DNA from: a virus
Lineage: Duplodnaviria > Caudoviricetes
Strand: one strand, 5' to 3'
Virus record (IMG/VR): IMGVR_UViG_3300008262_000247
Location: 1-56,059 of that record
Length of the DNA stretch: 56,059 nucleotides
Shown here: piece after piece, positions 42,206 through 50,611 of the stretch
How the letters are laid out: each line of letters begins with the position of its first letter
How positions within the stretch are numbered: the first letter of the stretch is position 1
Position numbers and translations under genes: made by a program
Notes under the pieces: model-generated
Databases searched by the model: none
Seen by the model: only the letters and a program-made list of their open reading frames with translations
Told to the model about the DNA's origin: nothing

Positions 42206-44394
42206 ATGGCAGAAAGAAGTTTCAAACATTATTTGGAGTTCCTGACGGAACATATTACACAGAAACGGCAGTAGCTAAATACCTTGAAAACGCAAATTCG
42301 GCAACAATTGTAAGAGTTGCGGGTATTGGTGGTTATTATCAAACCGCACCTTTAGCTATTATGGCATCCGGTTCTATTGGAAAGAAAATTGTAGCTACAC
42401 TACATTCAACTAAAGTTGGAGATGAAAAAGTAGGTTTTTCAAGTGCAGTTTTAACAAGTGATGGTAGAGCAGCATATTCTGGATCTTTTGCAATAACTGC
42501 ACCTTCATTGAGTGGTTCTTTTAGTGCATCCGTATTACCTTCATCTCAAAATGATATTAGAGATGTATTTGGTGAATCTCCATTTGGAAACAAAACTGCA
42601 TATTCTTATACATATTTTGAAAATATAGCAGCAGAATATGATACCGATGGTGGTGGTGATGAGGGAGTAAAAATTTACGCAATTCAATTACCTACACAAG
42701 ATTTTACAGTTGATGCAAAAGTAGCATCTACTCCTTGGGTACTTTCACAAAAAGATAATAACAATTTAAGATACGAACTTTTCCGTTTCCATACAATTGG
42801 ACATGGTAATGTTTATAATAAAAAATTCAAAATTGGTATTTCAAATGTAAAAGCGGCTGGTGAAAACGCATCAACTGATTACGCAACTTTTAATGTAACA
42901 TTAAGAAAATTTGATGATACCGATAAAAATTCATCAATCATTGAATCTTGGGGTGATGTAAATTTAGACCCAGCATCTCCAAGATATATTGCTAGAGTAA
43001 TCGGTGATAGAGAATATACAATTGGTAATGATGGTAAAATTACTGAAAATGGATATTATTCAAATAAATCATTGAATATAAGAGTAGAAGTATCTACTCC
43101 GGGTTCATTCCCAATATCTGCAGCACCATTTGGACATTCGGCTTACGAAAATCCAATTGTAACAACCAATGTATCAGAAGCAACTTGGGTACCAGCTGTA
43201 GTTTTCCAAAGTGGTTCAATTTCTAATACAACTACTAGTGCAAGATATTATTCAGGATTTGATTTTGAATCAACAACTAAATACATAGATAACTATCAAT
43301 ACTTAAAACCAATTCCTGAAGGAGCATTAACTGGTTCAAACGTAATATTTGCATTTGATTCTCAATTGAGCTATCAAATGACAGGTTCTGTTGCGGCTGA
43401 TATGGTTAAAAGACAATTTATTTTAGGATTCCAGGGTGGATTTGATGGTTTAAACCCAACTGTACCTGTTGCATTAGCAGGAGATGCTGATTGGGGAGCT
43501 GCAAACAATCAAGGATTAAAATGTAATGGTTTAACACAATCTGGATCTGTGGGTTATCAAAAAGCAATTAACGCACTTTCTAATCCAGATGAGTACGATA
43601 TTAATTTAGTATCAACTCCTGGATTAAACTATGAAAATCATCCAGATTTAGTTCAAAAGGTAATTGATATGTGTGAAGATAGACAAGATTGTTTTTACAT
43701 CGCTGACTTTACTGATTATCAATCTTCAATCACAACAGCAACTGAAAAGGCTAATTCAGTAGATTCAAACTATGTAGGTACTTATTATCCTTGGTTAATT
43801 AATAGAGTTGGTAATAAATCAATTATCACTCCACCATCGGTTATAATGCCAGCTGTTTACGCATCTAACGATAGATTTGCAGCAGAATGGTTCGCACCAG
43901 CGGGTTTGAATAGAGGTGGATTAACTGCATTTGGAGCTGAAAGTTTAAGAAATATACTTACACACGCTGAAAGAGATATACTTTATGAAAACAAAGTAAA
44001 TCCTATTGCAAAATTCCCAAATCAAGGTATTGTAGCGTTTGGACAAAAAACATTGCAAGATAAGGCATCGGCATTGGATAGAATCAATGTAAGAAGATTA
44101 TTAATTAACATTAAGAAATTCGTAGCATCTACATCTCGTTATTTAGTGTTTGAACAAAATACTACTGATACTAGAGCTAGATTTATCAATACCGTAACAC
44201 CTTATTTGGAATCAATTCAACAAAGACAAGGATTATACGCTTTCAATGTTGTAATGGACGATTCAAATAATACACCGGATGTGATTGACAGAAACATATT
44301 AGCAGGAGCAATCTTCCTTCAACCAGCTAGAACTGCGGAATTCATCGTAATTGATTTCAACATTCTACCAACTGGAGCAAGTTTTGGAGCATAA
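42206..44394 (+). CDS. gp18: Contractile tail sheath protein (gp18-like); 5' end interrupted at ~42217
   Basis: WFAPAGLNRG, LYENKVNPI, FGQKTLQ..SALDRINVRRL, VFEQN and AEFIVIDF. The likely true start is MAER at 42206 after GGAG. The main frame opens at ~42220 (FQTLFG...YL...TIVRV). The ORF track calls 42361. Confidence 0.93.
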
Positions 44395-44414
44395 TATGAA
44401 AACAAACTAAATAG

Positions 44415-44423
44415 ATATTTATT
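44415..44423 (+). promoter_or_regulatory. ATATTTATT variant of putative late promoter
   Basis: One mismatch to the motif, upstream of the tube gene. Confidence 0.5.
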
Positions 44424-44447
44424 AATATAAATTAAAAGGAAAGAAAC

Positions 44448-44759
44448 ATGGCAGACGAATTAATATTACCGTATCAACAGATGACGTTTACAATCGTTCC
44501 TTCAGCGGCACAATTGGTAATGGAGTGGGTACGTTTATCTCATGAATCTATTACTGGTAGAGATGGATATGGTGAATTTTACAAAAAGAATATTAATTTC
44601 TATTTGTTAGGTCCAGTAGGTGATAAGATTGAAAAATGGACTCTTTATGGAGCATTCATTTCAAGAGCATCATTTGGTGAATTAGATTTTTCTTCAACAA
44701 ATGAGCCAGTATCAATTGAATTAACACTTACTTACGATTACGCTGTACTTGAATACTAA
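44448..44759 (+). CDS. gp19: Tail tube protein (gp19-like), apparently missing an internal segment at ~44492
   Basis: IVPSAAQLVMEWVRL..ESITGRDGY..FYKK...LGPVGD.IEKWTL.GAF....FGELD...IELTLTYDYA. It follows the sheath. At 103 aa it is short for a tube protein. Confidence 0.88.
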   Translation: MADELILPYQQMTFTIVPSAAQLVMEWVRLSHESITGRDGYGEFYKKNINFYLLGPVGDKIEKWTLYGAFISRASFGELDFSSTNEPVSIELTLTYDYAVLEY

Positions 44760-44774
44760 TATTCAAACAAATAT

Positions 44775-44808
44775 AAAAAAAGGGATACCCAAAAAGTATC
44801 CCTTTTTT
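44775..44808 (+). terminator. Rho-independent terminator
   Basis: AAAAAAAGGGATAC-CCAAAAA-GTATCCCTTTTTT. Confidence 0.88.
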
Positions 44809-44831
44809 ATTTTCAATTTTTTTAATTTAAT

Positions 44832-44840
44832 GTATTTATA
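44832..44840 (+). promoter_or_regulatory. GTATTTATA variant of putative late promoter
   Basis: Core TATTTATA upstream of ATG 44867. Confidence 0.5.
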
Positions 44841-44866
44841 TATATATAAACTAAATAAACAAAGTT

Positions 44867-45631
44867 ATGAGTGAAAAACAATTTGATTTTCCAACGGAAG
44901 TATTAGACCTTCCATCAAGAGGAAAACTATATCCAAAAGAAAATCCTCTATCTTCGGGCCGTATAACAATAAAATATATGACGGCAAAAGAAGAAGATAT
45001 TCTTTCATCTGCAAATCTTATTAGAAAAGGGATTGTATTAGATAAACTTTTTGAATCAATTATTGTTGATAATATTAATATTGATGATATTTTATTGGGA
45101 GATAAGAACGCAATTGTATTGGCTACAAGAGTATTGGGATATGGTGCAGAGTACAAAGCATCATTCTTTTCCGCAAAACTTGGTAAGAATATAGAATTTG
45201 ATGTAGACTTATCAAAACTAAAAACAAAAGATGTAGATTTTTCATTATTTGAACATAAAAATGAATTTGAATTTACTCTACCTTCAAATGGTAAAAAGAT
45301 TACATTTAAACTTCTTACACATGGTGATGAGAAGTTGATTGATAAAGATATACAGGCTTTAGAAAAATTAAATAAAGATGGTTCTTTTGAAATCACTACT
45401 AGATTAAGATATATGATTAAGAGTGTAGATGGTAATACTGAATTAGGTAAGATTAATAAATTTATCAATAACGAATTTTTAGCTAGAGATAGCAGAGCAT
45501 TTAGAGAATATGTTAAAAAAATCTCTCCAGATATGAATATGACTTATGAGTATGTTCATGATGATGGAGAAACGGAGGTAGCGCCCATTGTGATGGGCGT
45601 GAACTTTTTTTGGCCTTCCGAAGAATCATAG
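44867..45631 (+). CDS. Baseplate hub assembly / tail assembly chaperone (T4 gp26-like)
   Basis: LPSRGKLY, MTAKEEDIL, GDKNAIVLATRVLGYG, FTLP...ITFKLLT and the terminal NFFWP. Lies between tube and tape measure. Confidence 0.8.
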   Translation: MSEKQFDFPTEVLDLPSRGKLYPKENPLSSGRITIKYMTAKEEDILSSANLIRKGIVLDKLFESIIVDNINIDDILLGDKNAIVLATRVLGYGAEYKASFFSAKLGKNIEFDVDLSKLKTKDVDFSLFEHKNEFEFTLPSNGKKITFKLLTHGDEKLIDKDIQALEKLNKDGSFEITTRLRYMIKSVDGNTELGKINKFINNEFLARDSRAFREYVKKISPDMNMTYEYVHDDGETEVAPIVMGVNFFWPSEES

Positions 45632-45827
45632 TTATAATTTACACACTCAAATCTTTGAGATGGTTGAATATAGTAATGGTTTTACAATGATGGAACTATA
45701 TAAAATGCCAACATATTTGAGAATGTTTTATTATAATAAATTGATAGAAACTAAAAAAAGAGAAGCTGAAGAGAATAAAAAAGCACAAAGGTCTTCAAAT
45801 GCTAGTAAAGTTAGGATTAAACGATAA
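45606..45827 (+). CDS. gp51-like tail/baseplate assembly chaperone, not in ORF track; overlaps gp26-like end (own ATG at 45660 or frameshift fusion)
   Basis: +1 frame reads FFGLPKNHSYNLHTQIFEMVEYSNGFTMMELYKMPTYLRMFYYNKLIETKKREAEE...KR*. The ExxxMPxxxRxxY motif is gp51-like. Confidence 0.72.
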   Translation, partial: FFGLPKNHSYNLHTQIFEMVEYSNGFTMMELYKMPTYLRMFYYNKLIETKKREAEENKKAQRSSNASKVRIKR

Positions 45828-45839
45828 TCCTAACTTTTT
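45807..45839 (+). terminator. Rho-independent terminator
   Basis: AAAGTTAGGATTA-AACGA-TAATCCTAACTTTTT. Confidence 0.8.
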
Positions 45840-45849
45840 CTTTTTATAG

Positions 45850-45858
45850 ATATTTATA
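45850..45858 (+). promoter_or_regulatory. ATATTTATA putative late promoter
   Basis: Recurring motif upstream of ATG 45885. Confidence 0.6.
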
Positions 45859-45884
45859 GTTTGAATAAGTGTAAATAATATAAA

Positions 45885-46118
45885 ATGGCAAAGAAATACA
45901 AAATATCAGAAAGTAACATAATGGAATTTTGGGGATTGTTTACGAGTAAGAAAGCACCACAAAAACTCCAACAAGTAATAGATAATGATCCTGTATTAAG
46001 TAAATTACAGGATGAAATTGATGATATTAATGCTCAGGCAGAAGATTATTTAGAAAAAGTTAAAAAAAGAAATCCAGACATTTATCAATATTTGCAAAAA
46101 GCTGGAATCATAAAATAA
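45885..46118 (+). CDS. Hypothetical helical protein
   Basis: 77-aa ORF ending LQKAGIIK, similar to the scaffold-type C-terminus. Confidence 0.6.
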   Translation: MAKKYKISESNIMEFWGLFTSKKAPQKLQQVIDNDPVLSKLQDEIDDINAQAEDYLEKVKKRNPDIYQYLQKAGIIK

Positions 46119-46131
46119 AGTTGTAAGATAA

Positions 46132-48543
46132 ATGGCAGACGTTAGAAATTTATCATCTGAAGAATTAGAAGCTCAAAAAAATCTCTTAAAAGAGCAAGAC
46201 CTGATTCAACAAAGAATTGAGGAACGAAATAAGAGAATGGCTGTTGCTGGGCAAGAGGAAATCAAGCGTCTTAAAAAAAGAAATGAACAGGACGAAGAAA
46301 ATTTAAAAACTTTAGAAGATAAATTAGAAGCGTTTGATGATATTGAAGATAAGGCAAAAGATTATGTAAAGTTTTGGGAGCAAGCAGGAGAAAGACAGGA
46401 AGAATATCTAGATATGGTAGAAGGGTTTCAAACCTCTTTTACAAAATTAGGTAACGATGTAAAAAAAGTTCTTACATCCTCAACCAAAAATAGTAGTGCA
46501 TTTGCGGGTATTACAGCCAAAATACTTGAATTAAAAAAAGCAGAAGTAAATGCATCAGATGATGAAAGAAAAAATTTACAGGCAAGAAGAACTGTTTTAG
46601 AACAAATAAGACAATCACAAATAGATTCTGCAGAATCATTAGTAAGTGAATCACAAGATTTATTTGGAATGAGTGAAGCTGCGAGAAGGAGAATGGAATT
46701 TGAAACTTCAATCGTAGGATTAAGTGAAGAAGATAGAAAAATTGCAGAACAAGTATTTGCGGTAAATGAGAAATTAACTAAACAACAAGAAAGAATTGTT
46801 GAGTTAAAACAGCAAATGAGTGGAATAGTTGCGAGTTTGCCAGAAGGAATTCAAAGCATTGTAACGGGTATAGGCGATTTGGCAAAAGGAATAATCAATG
46901 GATTGGGTCCAATTGTTATTTTAGGCGGATTATTAGCAGCGGCTATTCATGAATTTTCACAAATGCAATCTGCAGCTAAGAAATTCAGAGAAGAAACTGG
47001 CCTAACAAAAAATCAAACCGAAGAACTAAATCATCAAGTGCATAGTATATACAAAAACTATGCTAAATTAGGTGTTACTGCGGATGACTATTATGAAACG
47101 GTGAAAGCTCTTAAAACGGAGTTTGGTGATACTGTTAAATTTTCAGAAGCAGTTGCGGCATCAATGATTGTTTTAAATAAAAACTTTGCCGTTGCAGAAA
47201 AAGATGCAGCAGCTGTTAATATGGCTTTCCAAAGTATAGGTGGATTGAGTGCGGAAACATCTCAAAACCTAGCGCAACAGGTAGCATATTTATCAGACCA
47301 AGTTGGAGTAGCACCTGCTAAAGTTTTTGAAGATATTTCAGAAGCTTCCGAAGATACATACAAATACTTTAGAGGTGATGTAACTCTATTAGCTAGACAG
47401 GCAATTCAAGCAAGAAGATTAGGTACAAACTTAAAAAGTGTATTAAAAACAACCGAAGGACTTTTAAATTTTGAAGAAGGTATAGAAAAAGAATTGTTAG
47501 CATCTTCAATGTTAGCTGGACAGTTCAATTTAAGTAAAGCAAGAGCATTGGCATTTGATGGGAAAGCAGCAGACGCACAAGCTGAAATACTTAGACAAGT
47601 TCAAAGATATAGGAAGTTTGCTGATATGGACCCAATAACAAAGCAGGCAGTTGCAGATGCAACTAATATGACAGTTGAAGAATTGGGTAAACAACTATTG
47701 ATGCAAGAGAAACTTACACATATGTCTGATTCTCAAAAGAAATTGGTAGAAACTGCAATGGATAAGGGGTTAGATATAACCAATATGAATGAACAACAAC
47801 TTGCAGCAAAAGTAAAAGAGTTAGAAACACAAGAACAAATTGCAGATAAAATAACACAATTAGAAAATTCATTCAAAGGAATAGTTGCGGCACTTTCATC
47901 TGGGTTTGTTCCATTAATAGAAGCGGTCACACCACTTGTTACTACACTTGCTAATATGTTTGGTGCGGTATTTGGGGCTTTAAATAAAATTCCAGGTTTA
48001 TTCCCTGCAATTATTGGTGGATTAACTGCAATGTATCTTTTGAGTAAAAAGACAGCAATTATGAAAACAAAAGAGGCTATTGCGAGTATTTTTGCAGGTA
48101 ATGCGAAATGGGGAGCTATTGGAGTTATTGCAGCCGGTGTTGCGATTGGTGGTTTGATGGGATACCTTGGTAGAGCGGAAAAAGTAGGAGATATGGCTAT
48201 GCAAGCTCAAAGTTCTGGCGGTTCAACTACAATTGCAACTTCTGAAGGTGGTATTTTTGAAACTAGTAGAAATGACCAAATCGCAGTAGGTCCGGATATT
48301 TTAGGACAATTAGATGCTGCTAACAAAAGTAGTGTAGGTCCTATTGCGGCAGTAGGCGGTGGTACATCTATGAATGGTGCTATAAAAGTTTTGGTTAATG
48401 AAATGAAACAATTAAGACAGGATATGAATTCTGGTAAAATAAGAACAACCGCATATTTGGATGGTAATAGAGTTTCATCTGGTATTGCAACATCCGTAGA
48501 CGAATCGTCTAGAAATGTGTTTAGTTATGGACAAAGAGGATAA
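46132..48543 (+). CDS. Tape measure protein
   Basis: Long helical/coiled-coil protein with Ala/Gly-rich hydrophobic segments, located after the tube and chaperones. Confidence 0.8.
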   Translation: MADVRNLSSEELEAQKNLLKEQDLIQQRIEERNKRMAVAGQEEIKRLKKRNEQDEENLKTLEDKLEAFDDIEDKAKDYVKFWEQAGERQEEYLDMVEGFQTSFTKLGNDVKKVLTSSTKNSSAFAGITAKILELKKAEVNASDDERKNLQARRTVLEQIRQSQIDSAESLVSESQDLFGMSEAARRRMEFETSIVGLSEEDRKIAEQVFAVNEKLTKQQERIVELKQQMSGIVASLPEGIQSIVTGIGDLAKGIINGLGPIVILGGLLAAAIHEFSQMQSAAKKFREETGLTKNQTEELNHQVHSIYKNYAKLGVTADDYYETVKALKTEFGDTVKFSEAVAASMIVLNKNFAVAEKDAAAVNMAFQSIGGLSAETSQNLAQQVAYLSDQVGVAPAKVFEDISEASEDTYKYFRGDVTLLARQAIQARRLGTNLKSVLKTTEGLLNFEEGIEKELLASSMLAGQFNLSKARALAFDGKAADAQAEILRQVQRYRKFADMDPITKQAVADATNMTVEELGKQLLMQEKLTHMSDSQKKLVETAMDKGLDITNMNEQQLAAKVKELETQEQIADKITQLENSFKGIVAALSSGFVPLIEAVTPLVTTLANMFGAVFGALNKIPGLFPAIIGGLTAMYLLSKKTAIMKTKEAIASIFAGNAKWGAIGVIAAGVAIGGLMGYLGRAEKVGDMAMQAQSSGGSTTIATSEGGIFETSRNDQIAVGPDILGQLDAANKSSVGPIAAVGGGTSMNGAIKVLVNEMKQLRQDMNSGKIRTTAYLDGNRVSSGIATSVDESSRNVFSYGQRG

Positions 48544-48556
48544 AATAAAATAATAC

Positions 48557-50599
48557 ATGGCAACAACTTTAGAAGAATTATTTAAGACCAAAGTAATATC
48601 AGAAGGTCCAAATGCCGGAAAAACGGCGGAAGTTGCATACGCCATTAGAAATAGTAAAGATTTACCTATTGGTTCTTCTAACTTCTTGCTTAAAAAAATT
48701 AATCAAACTCAAAAAAATGGATTGATTGGAGATATTATCAATGGGTTTGATTTTATTGAAAAAATTAATGAAAGAAGAAAGAAATATAGTGATGCTTATA
48801 GTGAATCATTTGTAGAGCAAGACCAGGTTGGATTAAAACAGTTTTCAGTATTAACAAGACCTACTATATATGGTGGGGATATTTTTAGAATTGTAAATGG
48901 AAGAACTCGTACGGTATCTTTTCAAAAAAGACATACAAACCAAAATATATCAGGAGGTCTTGGTGATAAAATTGGTGATGCTGTTGCGAATGTTGCGGGT
49001 GATTATTTAAACAATATTTTTGCCGGTAAAAAAGGAAAAGATGCATTACCGCCAAAACCTGATTTAGTTGCATTGGGAACTGAATTGGCAATAAGTGCAA
49101 CTGATAGTATTAAAGGTGCGTTGTTTCCAATGCCAATGATACCTTCAAAAGTTGCGGAAGAACTTAATAGTAGAGGATTAAAAGAAAAATCATCAATTGG
49201 AAATAAAAAACCAAAAGATACATTACTATTTGCACACGAATATAATAGAAATAAAGCGTTATTACAATTAGCTAGTTCAGGTAAAGTTCCAAACGCTATT
49301 CAAAATATATTAAAATCAAATACAAACGCATTATCTCAATCAAAAGATTTTTTAATTGGAACTGCTACATCAATTGTTAAAAGTTTTATTTCAAAAGGAG
49401 TTTCTAAACTTATAACAAAAGGAGTAAACGCTTTACTTAGTAAAAAAATTAATAAAAATAAAAGTGCACAAACGGGATTTTCACAACAAGAAGGAAGACC
49501 GTTTACACCTTGGTCAAGTACAACACCTTATTCTAAAGCAGCTGAACTTGATGAACTTAAACCATTGGATAAACAGATTGGATTAAAGGCAATGGGAATC
49601 CGAAGAAGAGCGGAATATTTAAAAGCTTCTGGAGCAAAATTACCACCAAAGACATTGCCTAAAAAAGTAGGTACGAATTATATTCCAAATGAAGGAACTG
49701 GAGGTATTGATGAAGTAGATATCATTGAGGATGTGGATAATCCAGATTATGGTAAAGAATTGATGGAATTAATCAACAAAGAAGATGTTAATCCGGCACT
49801 TAAACTAACTAATGAAAATACTCTTTTTTCAAGAAGAGGAATGAGTACAAAAGGTGATGTTTTAAACTTATCATCAAATATTACATATGCTGGGGAAACT
49901 GCTGTAACTGCTGATAATCCAGATAAAACATTTGATGATTTTGATACGATTCCATTAAAATTTTATTCAATTGCATTAGATAGAACAGTTCAATTCAGAT
50001 GTACGGTATCCGAATTGTCAGAAACTTTTTCACCGGAGTGGGAGCCTAATAAATTTTTAGGAAATCCATTCCCATTCTACACATATAGTGGTATTGAAAG
50101 AAGTTTGACATTTAGTTTTAAAATATTTTCTTTGAACTTAGTCGAACATCAGAACGCATGGCAAAGATTGAACGCTTTAGCGGGATTAACGATGCCACAA
50201 GATTTTAAAGGTCAAGTTGGTGCGGTTGCTCCCCCAATAATTAAATTTACATTAGGAGACATGTATAAGGGTAGAGAGGCGGTTATTGATAGTTTAACTT
50301 TTACGGTTGACGTTGATACCCCTTGGGAAATTGGACTTAATAAAAAATTATTAAACTCTAAACCAATACAATTTCCAGGTTTGGCGGGAAATATAAGTGT
50401 TGTTGATCCAGATATAAGTGGTGAAGGTTTTAAATTACCTATGATAATTAATGCAGAAGTTTCACTTAAATTCTTAGAAAGTAGAGGAACGATGGGCAAA
50501 CTTTATAGTTATGGATATATTACCGAAGGAGTTGACTGGGGTTCACCAATGGCTATGACTCCAAATGGTGCTGTTTCGGTAAAACCAGATACATTTTAA
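48557..50599 (+). CDS. Baseplate / tube initiator protein (gp48/gp54-like C-terminal domain)
   Basis: QFRCTVSELSETFSPEW...FLG.PFPFYTYSGIERSLTFSFKI...PPIIKFTLGDMY...IDSLTFT...PWEI. Follows the tape measure. Confidence 0.7.
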   Translation: MATTLEELFKTKVISEGPNAGKTAEVAYAIRNSKDLPIGSSNFLLKKINQTQKNGLIGDIINGFDFIEKINERRKKYSDAYSESFVEQDQVGLKQFSVLTRPTIYGGDIFRIVNGRTRTVSFQKRHTNQNISGGLGDKIGDAVANVAGDYLNNIFAGKKGKDALPPKPDLVALGTELAISATDSIKGALFPMPMIPSKVAEELNSRGLKEKSSIGNKKPKDTLLFAHEYNRNKALLQLASSGKVPNAIQNILKSNTNALSQSKDFLIGTATSIVKSFISKGVSKLITKGVNALLSKKINKNKSAQTGFSQQEGRPFTPWSSTTPYSKAAELDELKPLDKQIGLKAMGIRRRAEYLKASGAKLPPKTLPKKVGTNYIPNEGTGGIDEVDIIEDVDNPDYGKELMELINKEDVNPALKLTNENTLFSRRGMSTKGDVLNLSSNITYAGETAVTADNPDKTFDDFDTIPLKFYSIALDRTVQFRCTVSELSETFSPEWEPNKFLGNPFPFYTYSGIERSLTFSFKIFSLNLVEHQNAWQRLNALAGLTMPQDFKGQVGAVAPPIIKFTLGDMYKGREAVIDSLTFTVDVDTPWEIGLNKKLLNSKPIQFPGLAGNISVVDPDISGEGFKLPMIINAEVSLKFLESRGTMGKLYSYGYITEGVDWGSPMAMTPNGAVSVKPDTF

Positions 50600-50611
50600 T
50601 AATTTAGGCAA

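Noticed and set aside
44851-45468. 205-aa minus-strand ORF
   Set aside because: Antisense to the well-supported gp26-like gene, with no recognisable motif.
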